Virus record (IMG/VR): IMGVR_UViG_3300002446_000155
Location: 1 to 50,437 of that record
DNA: 50,437 nucleotides
Strand: one strand, 5' to 3'
From: a virus
Taxonomy: Duplodnaviria; Caudoviricetes
Position numbers and translations under genes: made by a program. The notes under the pieces were generated by a model. That model was not told the origin of the DNA. It ran no database searches and was given only the letters and a program-made list of their open reading frames with translations. Every line of letters starts with the position of its first letter. Position 1 is the first letter of the stretch. Shown piece by piece: positions 15,672 through 26,044 of the stretch.

Positions 15672-17687
15672 ATGGCTGGTGAAGGTGTAGTCAGAAATAT
15701 CATGGTGGTGTTTGGGGTCAAGGTCAAAGACCTGTTCCAAGCCGAGCGCCTACAGGACGGCATCAATTCGATCGAGCAGGGACTCAACGACCTCAACCGC
15801 ATGGCGATTAAAGCGTCTGTGGCCATGGTTGGACTGGGAGCCGGGCTCATCGCTGCGACCAAACCTGTGGCCGAAGCCGCCAATGAGACAGCTAAGTTCG
15901 CGAATGCGTTCGGGATCAGCGTTCAGAAGATGCAGGAGATGTCCTTCGGGATGGAGTCTCTCGGCGCTGAAGCAGATGACCTCGCAGACGTGATGCTCCA
16001 GCTCTCAGAAAAGGTGGGTCAGGTAAACGAGGGATCAAAAGAGGCTGTCAAAAACTTCCTCGCACTGGGGCTCTCTCAGGAGCAGCTCGCGAGCATGTCT
16101 CCGGTCGAAATTTTCGAGGCCACAATGCAGGGCCTTCGCGGGGTCACTGACCAGACTTTGAAGTTTCAGGTAGCCTCCCAGCTTCTCGGGGAAGACCTTG
16201 GAAAAAAGCTGCTCCCCTTGATTACAAAGGGCGGGAGTACGCTTGAGGACTATGCCCAGATCGCACGGGATGCGGGGGCGATCATGGACGAGTCGCAGGT
16301 CAAAACTGGCCAGCGAGTTCACATGACATACAAGCGTCTGGGGGCTGTCGTAAAGGCACTCCGCACGCGCATCGGTCTGGAGCTCATGCCTTATGTGGAC
16401 CGTATCGGTCAGCTCACATGGGACTGGTATCAGGCCAACAAAGAGCTCATCAATTCCAAGATCGCAGAGTATGCTGAGGAGATCGGGAAGTCGATGGAGT
16501 GGGTGAAGGAAACTGCGGGACAGATCGAGCGACTCATTGAGCGTTCGGGCGGCCTCGAGAAGAACTTCAAACGCCTCGCCGCACTGGCCGCAGCAGGCAT
16601 CGGATTAAAGGTCGTGATCGCCCTGATTACCCTGGCTTCCGGTGTGATTACGGTGCTGGGCGCTGTGACAGCAAAGGTGGCGATTGTGTTCGCGATTGTG
16701 GCAGCACAGGTCGCGATCTTCGGGGCAACGTTCGCCGCTCTGGCAGAAGACTTCATGGTCCTCGAGCGCGGTGGCCAGTCCTTCATTGGATTCCTACGCG
16801 ACAATTTCAGCGAGCTGCCTTTGGGATTCCAGGCGCTCTCTGTGGCGATTGATGCGCTGATCGCAGGCTTTAAGGCGTTCGGCTCATGGATTGGCTGGGT
16901 GGTTGAGGCGTTCGGGTGGCTCTGGGTACTTGTGAAGCCGTTCGTGCCTTACCTCATCGCAGGCCTTTTGGCGATTGGCGGGGTGATATTCGTCGCGCTG
17001 CTCTCACCTATCCTTGCCGTCACTTCCGCCATCGCGCTGCTTCTGCACGCCATGAAGCTGTTCTGGAACGTGGGCGTTGATACGTGGCGAGCGATTCGCG
17101 AGGAGTTCGGAGTATTCTGGGCTGAGATCAAAGGCGTGCCTGATGCGCTCGCTGAGGAGTTCTCGCGCTTCGTCGAAACAGTGGCGACCATTCCGTCCCA
17201 GATCGTGAAGGCGTTCTCCGGTGGGGTCTTTTCGGGCGTAGGCACTGCTCTTTCAGAGGAGTTCTCTGCGTTCATCGCAGCGACCGATGCGCTACCTGGG
17301 GAGATCATCAAGGCCTTCGCGGGCATCGGCGACGCCATTGCCGAGGAGTTCGGGTTCGACAAGCTGTCAGGAATGATGGCCAAACTGAATCCGATGCGCG
17401 CCATTGAAGGCATGTTCAACACTCCCGCAGGTATGGCAGCTGCCCAGTACGGGGTTACTGGGGAAATGAACTCCATGGGTAACGCGGGTGTCCAAAGCGC
17501 GGCAGCACAGAGCGCCGCATCCAATATGACCACGAACCGTAGTGTTGTGGTCAACGCGGGCGATACCACCATTCGTGTGGACGGCGCAGCAGACCCGCTG
17601 GCAACTGCGAAGGCCGTCAAGGCGCAGCAGGCCATGTCCTGGGATTCAATTCTCAATTCGGCGCAAAATTCGTCTGGAGGTCTGTGA
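15672..17687 (+). CDS. tape measure protein
   Basis: 671-aa Ala/Gly-rich helical protein with hydrophobic central segments and repeated EEF motifs, after chaperones. Confidence 0.88.
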   Translation: MAGEGVVRNIMVVFGVKVKDLFQAERLQDGINSIEQGLNDLNRMAIKASVAMVGLGAGLIAATKPVAEAANETAKFANAFGISVQKMQEMSFGMESLGAEADDLADVMLQLSEKVGQVNEGSKEAVKNFLALGLSQEQLASMSPVEIFEATMQGLRGVTDQTLKFQVASQLLGEDLGKKLLPLITKGGSTLEDYAQIARDAGAIMDESQVKTGQRVHMTYKRLGAVVKALRTRIGLELMPYVDRIGQLTWDWYQANKELINSKIAEYAEEIGKSMEWVKETAGQIERLIERSGGLEKNFKRLAALAAAGIGLKVVIALITLASGVITVLGAVTAKVAIVFAIVAAQVAIFGATFAALAEDFMVLERGGQSFIGFLRDNFSELPLGFQALSVAIDALIAGFKAFGSWIGWVVEAFGWLWVLVKPFVPYLIAGLLAIGGVIFVALLSPILAVTSAIALLLHAMKLFWNVGVDTWRAIREEFGVFWAEIKGVPDALAEEFSRFVETVATIPSQIVKAFSGGVFSGVGTALSEEFSAFIAATDALPGEIIKAFAGIGDAIAEEFGFDKLSGMMAKLNPMRAIEGMFNTPAGMAAAQYGVTGEMNSMGNAGVQSAAAQSAASNMTTNRSVVVNAGDTTIRVDGAADPLATAKAVKAQQAMSWDSILNSAQNSSGGL

Positions 17688-18370
17688 TGCCGTTGATTCA
17701 TATTGGAGATGAGGGCCGCATCTGGTTCACAGCCGACAACGTGATGGGCGAGGATTTTACACACCCCGCACAGGTCACGAACCATCCGATTGGGAATCGT
17801 TCGACGCCCGCTGACTTCCGGCTACGGGAGCCCATTACTATCGACCTCGTGTTGAGGGTGACGGAGTCTCCACTGGTCCCTGCGGCGGGCGGACCTAATC
17901 CGCTTGTGGCACCTGAAGGTGGCCTGAGTCTAGCTCCTGCGGCGGCGGATCTGAATCCTACGACACGTCCAAGGGCAGCCGGATTTAAGGCTGAACTCAA
18001 ACGATACGAGGCGGGGCTCTGGGAGTATCTCTCGGAGTCCATGGGACTGTACACCCCCCTAGTGATGGTGAACTGGTCCTACTCAATTCGCACACCCGTA
18101 CACGTCGACTTCAACATCACGCTTCAAGAGATCGAGTTCATTCAATCACAGCGTGTGGAGCTTCCACCACTGGTCGTTCTGAAGAAGGCTCCTGAGGTGT
18201 GTCCTGTAGTCGACAAGGGCGACAAGGCGAAGCAGTCCCTAGGTAGCGGTGGCAGTGGTGGAAGCGGAGTTTCTCCTCGGGACCAGAGCTTCCTGAGTCG
18301 TGGAGTACAGGGCAATCTCTCAGACGACGAGCTCGTCAACAAATTAACCGCAGGCTTCGGGTTCTTCTAA
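17684..18370 (+). CDS. baseplate tube-initiator/Dit-like protein
   Basis: VTNHPIG...D motif; position after tape measure. Confidence 0.65.
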   Translation: MMPLIHIGDEGRIWFTADNVMGEDFTHPAQVTNHPIGNRSTPADFRLREPITIDLVLRVTESPLVPAAGGPNPLVAPEGGLSLAPAAADLNPTTRPRAAGFKAELKRYEAGLWEYLSESMGLYTPLVMVNWSYSIRTPVHVDFNITLQEIEFIQSQRVELPPLVVLKKAPEVCPVVDKGDKAKQSLGSGGSGGSGVSPRDQSFLSRGVQGNLSDDELVNKLTAGFGFF

Positions 18371-18675
18371 TGCCAATCGCACGAATCACACCGGAGCGCA
18401 CACCGCGCTTCTCGAATACCATTGAGGCGGGCGCACGTCGCCTTCGGTTCGACTGGTACTGGAACAACCGCACGCGCGGCTGGTACGTCTCGATCTACGA
18501 TTCCGAGGGGAATGCCTTGGTCGAGGGGGAGCGCCTGAGTGTAAACAGTCGCGTGGGCTTCGGGAACGTCGACGTGAACTTCCTGCTCCTTCCGGGCGGG
18601 GACGACGCCTTCATTACGTGGGAGAACTGGCGCGAATGGGCTCCAGAACGCTTCTCACTTTACATCGTGGACTGA
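18370..18675 (+). CDS. small baseplate protein
   Basis: WNNR..GWYVSIYD.EG..LV.G motif; position between Dit-like and hub genes. Confidence 0.65.
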   Translation: MPIARITPERTPRFSNTIEAGARRLRFDWYWNNRTRGWYVSIYDSEGNALVEGERLSVNSRVGFGNVDVNFLLLPGGDDAFITWENWREWAPERFSLYIVD

Positions 18676-18676
18676 T

Positions 18677-19645
18677 ATGCCAATCAATGAACCGTCGAGG
18701 CTGTGGGGGCGTAAGGTCATCGTCCAACTGGATGACGAAGTCTGGGACGGGTTGCGTGTATCGTTCGCTGTGACGAAGACGCTCAAGGGCGAACCGAACA
18801 AGGCCACCATCTCCGTGTACGGACTGGACCCTGACACCTATCAGCGCCTTCAGGCTCGAGGGCGCGACCTCGTTGTATCGCTCTATGCGGGGCACGAGAT
18901 CCCTGGCCTGGTGTTCCGTGGCAATCCGGTAAAGGATGGCGTGGAGTACCGTCTGGACTCGCCTGAGCGGGTGTTACTCATTGAGGCAAAGGATGGATAC
19001 CGCGCCTATTCGCGCGCGAGGGTCAAGGGCTCATTCTCTGGTGAGATACTGGTCAAGGACGTTGTGGAGAAGGCAGCCGCCCAGCTCGGGCTCCCTGTCT
19101 CACTCATCGACGTTCCAGGAGACATGCGACTAACACAGGGCCTTCATATGAGGGGCCCTGCCCACCGTATTCTCGATCGGCTCGCGCAGAGCACAGGCTC
19201 CGACTGGTCGATCCAGAACGGCACGTTCCAATTCCTTCCGAAGTCGAAGGTACGCCGGAACTCAGGGCCTCTCTACTCGCCGGATGCACCGCTCTCGAAC
19301 CTGATAAAGCGTCCTGTGAAGAAAGAATCCGGCGTCGAGCTCACAGTGATGCTTGAACCTTCGTTGATTCCCGGCGACCGCTTTGAGATTCGTGACGGTG
19401 AGATTCCAATGTTCGACGGGGTGTACAAGGTCAAAGCTGTGAAGCACACAGGCGACAACTGGGATCAGGTATTCTACACCGAGATTGAGGCCGCTGAAGT
19501 ACGTGACCCGGTCCCGGCACCGGAGCCTCAGCCGTTCGTCAGCACCATCTTCACCGACCAGTACCTTGATCTCATCGAGTACGGGAAGCAGTCTGACGAG
19601 TTCCAGCGGGATACAATACACAAGTTCTTCTGGAATAAGGAGTAA
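18677..19645 (+). CDS. baseplate hub protein
   Basis: PNKATISVYGL, LYAG, WSIQNG, HTGDN motifs. Confidence 0.78.
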   Translation: MPINEPSRLWGRKVIVQLDDEVWDGLRVSFAVTKTLKGEPNKATISVYGLDPDTYQRLQARGRDLVVSLYAGHEIPGLVFRGNPVKDGVEYRLDSPERVLLIEAKDGYRAYSRARVKGSFSGEILVKDVVEKAAAQLGLPVSLIDVPGDMRLTQGLHMRGPAHRILDRLAQSTGSDWSIQNGTFQFLPKSKVRRNSGPLYSPDAPLSNLIKRPVKKESGVELTVMLEPSLIPGDRFEIRDGEIPMFDGVYKVKAVKHTGDNWDQVFYTEIEAAEVRDPVPAPEPQPFVSTIFTDQYLDLIEYGKQSDEFQRDTIHKFFWNKE

Positions 19646-19647
19646 AC

Positions 19648-20286
19648 ATGCCTATCCGCACACTCGAGGACGTCCTTGCCGGGTGGTCACGAAGGGCGCA
19701 GTCTGAAGTAAACGTCTCGCTTCCGGGCGTGGTTCTGAGCTACGATTCTGTGACTCAGACAGCGACGGTGCGTCCTGTAATCCGGGAAGCGTTTGAGGAT
19801 GACGACGAGGAGATTTATGTCACCGAGTTCGAGCCCATCCCGCAGGTGCCTGTATGCCATTGGCGCGCTGGCGGCTTCACGATGCATGCTCCCCTCGAGC
19901 CTGGCGACTTCGTAACACTCGTGGTGATGGACCGATCGATTGACGAATTCATGGGCACAGGGAACACCGACAACATCCCACAGATTCTGCGACGATTCGA
20001 CTGGTCGGACGCCGTTGCAATCCCCATGCCACCTGCCCCGAGTCCTATTGCGGGACTGTCGGACGATATGTTTGTAGGCGCTGAGGACGGTACCGTGGGC
20101 GTCATCATGAAGCCAACCGGAAAAATTCGCATCGAGGCGTCAGGGGACGAACTGCTAACCACGGTAATCGACCTAATTAGTGACCTTACAACCTCGCTGA
20201 CGGGGATGGGCGCTACCACGTTTGATCCTGCCTCACAACTGGCGCTTCAGGGCATCAAACTACGACTTCAAGCCATGCGAGGCTAA
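19648..20286 (+). CDS. baseplate spike (Gp138-like)
   Basis: SLPGVVLSYD..QTATV.P, PGD, DRSID, RRFDWSDA motifs. Confidence 0.82.
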   Translation: MPIRTLEDVLAGWSRRAQSEVNVSLPGVVLSYDSVTQTATVRPVIREAFEDDDEEIYVTEFEPIPQVPVCHWRAGGFTMHAPLEPGDFVTLVVMDRSIDEFMGTGNTDNIPQILRRFDWSDAVAIPMPPAPSPIAGLSDDMFVGAEDGTVGVIMKPTGKIRIEASGDELLTTVIDLISDLTTSLTGMGATTFDPASQLALQGIKLRLQAMRG

Positions 20287-20291
20287 CTAAT

Positions 20292-21083
20292 ATGGCACTT
20301 AACCCTACTACGCTACGCGAAAGCATCGTTGATGGCATCGACGCACTATCGGATTCCGACAAGGCCGACCGTGACGTCTTCTGGCAGATGATCGCCGAGA
20401 AATTGGCCGCATGGGTGCCCGAGGGAGGAGGAGGCGGTGGTGCATGGCTTCGAGGGGTTCATGATGACTTCCATTCAACGATTGCCACAACGGCTACAAA
20501 CTGCCGCAACTTCTACCACTCTGCGCTTGCAAGCGGTACGCAATCACTAGATCCGTCGTCCTTTGTCTCCGGGGCAGGTGTTTTGTGCATGTCGAGTTCC
20601 ACGTCCGCTGACTCTGGTGCCATGTGGCGTACCGCGTCCTCAGCGTATCGGATCGGGGACGCAGGCAAGATCGTCTTCGTGTTCCGGCCAGAAACGCTCA
20701 CAGATGTGGCCATGGATGTTGGGTTACACTCACGCACGTCTGTAGCAGGCGTTCACGGGAACGGCTTGTTTATCAGCATCACGAATAACGCCTTGACACT
20801 GAAGTCCGCCAACGCTGGTGTGATAGCCACAACAACCAACATCACGCTCAGTTTGAGCTGGTACAGGTGCGAAGTATCCTGGGAGGCGGGAGTGGCCACG
20901 ATGCGTCTTTATTTCGCAGAAACAGGGGCCCTTGCGGCGGAGCGTACGCTTACTATCACGGCCCCGACTACCCTGAACGCACCTGTTGTTCTGATTGCCT
21001 ACCGCACCGTGGCGACTACGGCTTCCGTCCTATACCGGGTCGACTACCTCGGATTCCAACCGCAGGAGATTACATATGGCTGA
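20292..21083 (+). CDS. hypothetical virion protein with beta-sandwich-like C-terminus
   Basis: short helical N-terminus, poly-Gly linker, Ser/Thr-rich beta region; located in baseplate cluster. Confidence 0.55.
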   Translation: MALNPTTLRESIVDGIDALSDSDKADRDVFWQMIAEKLAAWVPEGGGGGGAWLRGVHDDFHSTIATTATNCRNFYHSALASGTQSLDPSSFVSGAGVLCMSSSTSADSGAMWRTASSAYRIGDAGKIVFVFRPETLTDVAMDVGLHSRTSVAGVHGNGLFISITNNALTLKSANAGVIATTTNITLSLSWYRCEVSWEAGVATMRLYFAETGALAAERTLTITAPTTLNAPVVLIAYRTVATTASVLYRVDYLGFQPQEITYG

Positions 21084-21450
21084 CGTGGCTCTGGTGAATG
21101 GTGATCTCGTGGCGCAGAACAGATGGATCGATGGGCCTGAGAAGGTCGTTCAGTCCATTCAGATCAGACTGGGGCGCTTCCGGGGCGAATGGTTCCTCGA
21201 TCCCACGAGCGGCCTGCAATGGATGGAATGGCTGGGAACACGAAACGTCAGTGTCTCGGAGATTGTGGCGCGTGTCTCGTCCGAGATTCTGCGCGTCGAA
21301 GGTGTCGATCGTATCCAATCAATCGTGCCTGTCAAGGACACAAGTGGGTCCGTCACGATCAATGTGGAAATTGTGCTCAACCCTGAAATTACAGATCAAC
21401 CTGTTCTCGGCGTAAGTGTCCAGGGAACCGGACGCGTGGTGGTCCTCTAA
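21076..21450 (+). CDS. baseplate wedge/sheath initiator (DUF2634/gpW-like)
   Basis: RL..FRGEWFLD...GL.W and ILRVEGV motifs; AGGAG RBS. Confidence 0.8.
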   Translation: MADVALVNGDLVAQNRWIDGPEKVVQSIQIRLGRFRGEWFLDPTSGLQWMEWLGTRNVSVSEIVARVSSEILRVEGVDRIQSIVPVKDTSGSVTINVEIVLNPEITDQPVLGVSVQGTGRVVVL

Positions 21451-22586
21451 TGCCTATTTCATCTACTGGTTTTACAGTCGAGACGTTTGATTCCCGTATG
21501 GCTCGTCTCCGAGCGGCTTTTGAGGCCGATGCGGGGATCACGCCTGATTGGGACTCCGACGAGGAGTTCATTTCTATTCTGTTCGACGTAGTGGGCGCGG
21601 AGCTCCAAACCATCGCCGAAGCGCATCAGGCGCTCTGGGATGCCTACGCGCCGAATAACGCTTCAGGGCGTGCGCTTGAGAACATCGCGGCTATTGCCGG
21701 AATCTCGCGCATTCCCGCTTCCCGGTCGCGGGCCACTGTTACGCTTGGCGGCACCCCAGGCACCGTGGTTCCGGCCGGGAAGATTATCAGACACGCATCC
21801 ACCAAGACGAGGTGGACGCTCCTTGAGGACGTAATAGTGCCGGGAAGCGGCATCGTCGAGGCGGAAACCACAGGCCCTGTATCGGCTGCCCCGGGGACGC
21901 TGACTGAGATTGTCACGCCTGTTGGGGGGTGGAGCTCCGTCACGAACGCAGATTCTGCGGCACTTGGATCGGTTACTGAATCAGATGCCAGACTCCGGGC
22001 TCGCAGGAATGCCGAACTGGCGCGAGCGTCGACAGGAACAATCCCCTCCATCAGTGCTGCGGTGCTGGGTGTGGATGGCATTTCTGGCGCGAAGGTGGTC
22101 GCAAACGACACAGGGGTCACGACTACCGTGGGGAGCTTCGTGCTACCTCACGCATCGATCATCGTCCTCGTGCTTCCTGACCCGCTCACTGCCAACGAGA
22201 AGTCCGCACTGGCAGCGGCCATGCTCTCCGTCGTACCTGCGGGGATTCTGACAGTAGGAGCAGAGTCGTGCTCTACGGCACTCAATGGTGTCACATACTC
22301 GTTCGCATACGATCACGCTACATCCAGTGTGGTCAACGTTGCGGTCACTATCTCTCCGAAGCCTGGTTTCACGGTAGCGGATCTGGAGCCAGAAGTAGAG
22401 AACGCAATCACAGCGTACTTCGGTGATCTCGCAATCGGCGGAGATGTTCGGCTGCTTCCTATCTGGGGGGCGCTGGATAACATCGCAGGGGTGGAGGCCG
22501 TTACTGTACTGCTCAACGGCGTAGGTGCGGACTTCACGATCGCAGATACAGAGATTGCAACGCTTGGAACCATCACGGTGCTATAA
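21450..22586 (+). CDS. baseplate J/gp47-family wedge protein
   Basis: ASGRALE, AETTG, ESDARLRAR motifs. Confidence 0.9.
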   Translation: MPISSTGFTVETFDSRMARLRAAFEADAGITPDWDSDEEFISILFDVVGAELQTIAEAHQALWDAYAPNNASGRALENIAAIAGISRIPASRSRATVTLGGTPGTVVPAGKIIRHASTKTRWTLLEDVIVPGSGIVEAETTGPVSAAPGTLTEIVTPVGGWSSVTNADSAALGSVTESDARLRARRNAELARASTGTIPSISAAVLGVDGISGAKVVANDTGVTTTVGSFVLPHASIIVLVLPDPLTANEKSALAAAMLSVVPAGILTVGAESCSTALNGVTYSFAYDHATSSVVNVAVTISPKPGFTVADLEPEVENAITAYFGDLAIGGDVRLLPIWGALDNIAGVEAVTVLLNGVGADFTIADTEIATLGTITVL

Positions 22587-23122
22587 TGGATTACATTCAG
22601 GACCACAAAACTCGACTACAGGACAGGATGCCTTCGCGCCTTCGGGGCCGTATTATCCTCTCACTACTCAAGGCGATTGGCGACGAGGTACAGCTCCTCG
22701 AGGATGAAACCTTTGACCACTATCTCTCAGAGAACATCAATCTCGCTGGTGGGGTAATGCTGGATCGCTGGGGGCTCATCGTAGGCGAGGCGAGGTACGG
22801 ACTGGACGATTCTGACTACAGGCGCATCCTTGAGGCACGGCTCCTCGCACTGAAGGCCGCAGGCAGACGCGAGGTCATTGTGCGCGTGGTCGGTTTGCTG
22901 TTCGAGGAGGAGAAGATCACCTATTCCAACTACCACACACACTTCCGCGTGAACGTAGACTTGGGACTGGTGCCGTCGCCCGCATATGAGCGCCGTGTGT
23001 TGCGTCTCGTGACGTTCATGGCCGTAGTAGGCATCTCAGGGACCATCGCAGTAGGGCCTCCGGGCATGTTTCGACTTTCATCAAGCGCGGGCTTTGGCTC
23101 GCCACTAGGTAGGGTGCTATGA
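22586..23122 (+). CDS. baseplate wedge protein (DUF2612-like)
   Basis: GVMLDRWGLIVG..R..LDDSDYR motif. Confidence 0.8.
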   Translation: MDYIQDHKTRLQDRMPSRLRGRIILSLLKAIGDEVQLLEDETFDHYLSENINLAGGVMLDRWGLIVGEARYGLDDSDYRRILEARLLALKAAGRREVIVRVVGLLFEEEKITYSNYHTHFRVNVDLGLVPSPAYERRVLRLVTFMAVVGISGTIAVGPPGMFRLSSSAGFGSPLGRVL

Positions 23123-24399
23123 CAATCAGACGAACATGGGCCGCGAGCGCAATTCCGGCCGACCTTTCTGAGCCTCCGTTTGGAGTACGTGACTCGGGCT
23201 ATCAGTTTGAGGATGCACTGCCTCACGACGAGCTCAATAAGATCCTCAAAGACCTGTATGAACTGGGAGATCGCGGCGGGGAGTTCGAGAACGTTCCCGA
23301 TCTACTGGTGGATGGGGTCGCAGGTCGACAATACATTATGCATCGCCCACTGTCAGGCTCGGAATTCCCCTTCAAAGAGGAGAACACCACGACGCTCACG
23401 GACATGGTGGCGGAGGATTGCCGTGCCATTGCCACGAACGGGACTCATGTTGTGGTCGCCTCGGAGACGAAGATCGGTGTGTTCGATTGTAGCACATTGG
23501 GCTGGTCGGCTCTAACATCAGCGCCGCGTTTCTCGACACTCCCGGGAACGCCCACGGATGTGACGGCCATTGCGGTAGGGCGCACCACATACGCGGTAGG
23601 CTACAATGCGGCGGCGGGGCGAGTTCTGGGCATCTTCAGCCTGGCAGACGATACGCTCCTGGGATCATATACGCACTCCGCCAGTGGCGCGATCAGTGCT
23701 GTGGTAGCGTACGGTACAAACAGCGGCGACGAAACCTACGTGCTCACCGGGACGGCGTCGACGATCGACTCAAACACGACACGCATGATTGACGAAACGG
23801 GCGCGGCTGTGTGGTCAATGACACGAGGTGCGGCAGGACTGGTCGCCACGACTGACGGCTATCGTATCTTCACGGGCGGGGGAGCGGGGACAGGCGGGGC
23901 GACCATTGAGGAACTTCACCCCTTGACGGGTGCGGTAATCGAGCTTCAGGCATCGGCGGCTCCTGATGGTGGCGGCGGATTCGTCACTGACGGCCAAATG
24001 ATTTACTACACCTCAGGCGGGACGGATCTCTACAGTACGTCCTGCAATCTGGCGTACAGTGCATTCCCGCGCTTCCCAGCTCTAGGAGCAGGCACAAAGC
24101 GACTCGCGCTCGCAGGGGACACAATCTTCATGTCGCTGTTCGCGGGGAATCAGGTTTTCTGGTTCAACCAGACGGTACCTGGGGAAGAGTTTGGAATCCT
24201 CCAGTCCCTACCGCATGCGGCCCCGGTCGGTGTGTGTGTGATCGACAACATGGTGGTCTGGCTCGGAGAGGACGCAGCGGCTCCCGGGATTGCGATCTAT
24301 CATTTCGACGGGAAGCCTCGACGTGTGCGCATCGCATCCGAATCCGCAGGCACCTTTCGTGGCGGGCCGAACGCTGTCATCAACTACATCCGATCCTAA
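23119..24399 (+). CDS. putative tail fibre/receptor-binding protein
   Basis: WA..GY...ELN fibre-attachment-like N-terminus; repeated ATNG/TTDG/VTDG beta-hairpin (propeller-like) units. Confidence 0.6.
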   Translation: MTIRRTWAASAIPADLSEPPFGVRDSGYQFEDALPHDELNKILKDLYELGDRGGEFENVPDLLVDGVAGRQYIMHRPLSGSEFPFKEENTTTLTDMVAEDCRAIATNGTHVVVASETKIGVFDCSTLGWSALTSAPRFSTLPGTPTDVTAIAVGRTTYAVGYNAAAGRVLGIFSLADDTLLGSYTHSASGAISAVVAYGTNSGDETYVLTGTASTIDSNTTRMIDETGAAVWSMTRGAAGLVATTDGYRIFTGGGAGTGGATIEELHPLTGAVIELQASAAPDGGGGFVTDGQMIYYTSGGTDLYSTSCNLAYSAFPRFPALGAGTKRLALAGDTIFMSLFAGNQVFWFNQTVPGEEFGILQSLPHAAPVGVCVIDNMVVWLGEDAAAPGIAIYHFDGKPRRVRIASESAGTFRGGPNAVINYIRS

Positions 24400-24414
24400 T
24401 TACAACGAGGACAT

Positions 24415-24789
24415 ATGCCTACTTTTGAAGATGCCAATCGCGCGGTCGTGGAGGCTGCGTATGACAAACTATCGATCACCCAGACGGCAAACGCCATCGC
24501 GGCGGACCAGTCTGCCCCTACCCTCGCATCAGACGGCGTGCCTCTACTAGGCTCATCGCGTGCGATCGTGGTCGTGAAGCCGTCTGCGGGCGAAACATGT
24601 GACGCGAAAGTGTACGCCTACACCGAAGACACTGGATGGTTCCTTATCTCCGAGCTGGAGGTTACAGGCATCACGGATGAAGGCGACTCATGGAAGATCA
24701 ACATCGGAGGCCCCTCACGCGTAGCACTTCGCATTCTGAATATCTCAGGTGGAACAGTAGATGCGTGGGTTCTCAGGAGCTATGTATGA
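24415..24789 (+). CDS. hypothetical protein (124 aa)
   Basis: GAGG RBS, ATGA-coupled to endolysin. Confidence 0.65.
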   Translation: MPTFEDANRAVVEAAYDKLSITQTANAIAADQSAPTLASDGVPLLGSSRAIVVVKPSAGETCDAKVYAYTEDTGWFLISELEVTGITDEGDSWKINIGGPSRVALRILNISGGTVDAWVLRSYV

Positions 24790-25280
24790 AGTACACATGG
24801 AACGTTGCAAAATGGCTGGGGGATGCGGAAATTCACGCACCTGACATCGACCCTGCGGTCGTCCTGTCCATCATCCACGTTGAGAGCGCGGGCGACCCTA
24901 CGGCAAAGCGGCCAGGTTCCCAGTTCCACGGACTGATGCAGATGGGGCGTGCGGCGGGTATCGACGTTGGCTACCGCGACATGGGGAAAGACACGACACG
25001 GAACCTACATGGAGACGGCCCTGCGGCCATCCGCGCCTTCGCTGCCTACCTCTCGCGCTACAAAGAACATGCGGGCGATACTCCTGAAGGGGTGGCGCTG
25101 GTATGGAAGGGAGGCCCGGGGTACGCAAAGAAGGTCAGGGCGTTGGTTGCATCGGGGATGATGCCGTTCGATGAGGCCGTAGAGGCCATTGGGGATGAGC
25201 TCGGATTCTCCGCCACAGAGTACATCAGGCGTTTTCGCGCCGCTCTTAGGATCTGGGAAGAAGGAGTCTGCGATGCCTAA
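24786..25280 (+). CDS. endolysin, lytic transglycosylase (SLT/lysozyme-like)
   Basis: IIHVESAG catalytic Glu, GLMQM motif, AYL and WKGGPG motifs. Confidence 0.85.
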   Translation: MKYTWNVAKWLGDAEIHAPDIDPAVVLSIIHVESAGDPTAKRPGSQFHGLMQMGRAAGIDVGYRDMGKDTTRNLHGDGPAAIRAFAAYLSRYKEHAGDTPEGVALVWKGGPGYAKKVRALVASGMMPFDEAVEAIGDELGFSATEYIRRFRAALRIWEEGVCDA

Positions 25281-25500
25281 CACCATCAAACATATTCGAC
25301 AGCTCTTCGACGAGCATCACGAGATTGCCGCGTGGCTCATCATTATCATGGCAGGGGCTGGTCGCTGGTTCGATAAGATTGAGGACTGGCCCATGGTCGC
25401 CATGATCGCCATTTCGATGCTGACATTGCTCGGCGTGGAGAGGTTCCGTGGGGTGAGGGTTGGGCCCGGAGGCGTGGAGGTAAGCGATGGAAAAGATTAA
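25273..25500 (+). CDS. putative holin (two TM segments)
   Basis: two hydrophobic helices, AAGGAG RBS, adjacent to endolysin. Confidence 0.55.
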   Translation: MPNTIKHIRQLFDEHHEIAAWLIIIMAGAGRWFDKIEDWPMVAMIAISMLTLLGVERFRGVRVGPGGVEVSDGKD

Positions 25501-25747
25501 GGATCTCCTTCCTGGACTCGTCACAAGCCTGGTGTCCTCATTCGTCGTAGGGGCCTTTAGTGCGTACATGACCGGGACAGCCATCATCGCCAGACTCGAA
25601 ACTCGACTTGAGCGGGCGGAGCAGGACGTCGTGACGCTCAATCAGAAACTTGAGGAAACTCAACGTGCATCGGCAACCTCAAACGAGCGCCTAATCCGGG
25701 TCGAAACAAAAATTGACATTCTTCTTCAGGCAGGAGGTCGCCCATGA
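25487..25747 (+). CDS. putative holin-like membrane protein (N-terminal TM plus coiled coil)
   Basis: hydrophobic N-terminus, C-terminal RLIRVETKID coiled coil; GGAGG RBS. Confidence 0.55.
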   Translation: MEKIKDLLPGLVTSLVSSFVVGAFSAYMTGTAIIARLETRLERAEQDVVTLNQKLEETQRASATSNERLIRVETKIDILLQAGGRP

Positions 25748-26037
25748 GCTGGTCCGAAGAGGGATGGGCACGAAAGAAAGGAGGGCCTGGGGTTGTGGCG
25801 TTCGCTACCGTTTCCGAGCTCCTCACAGCGTCACAAGGCGTCCTTGCCTCGGGATATTACGAAGTCGTCGGTGAGTGGATCACGTATTGGGACGGTGCGA
25901 CGTTCGCGCCTGAATTACCAGAAACTCCACCTGATCAGTTTTCGTTCTACAGTGTTGGGTTTGACTTCACCGATTTTGATCCAGACGACGACACGACGCA
26001 AGCACCAAATATGTTCGACGACTTCGCACTAAGCTGA
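25744..26037 (+). CDS. hypothetical protein (97 aa)
   Basis: GGAGG RBS, ATGA overlap. Confidence 0.6.
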   Translation: MSWSEEGWARKKGGPGVVAFATVSELLTASQGVLASGYYEVVGEWITYWDGATFAPELPETPPDQFSFYSVGFDFTDFDPDDDTTQAPNMFDDFALS

Positions 26038-26044
26038 GGAAATT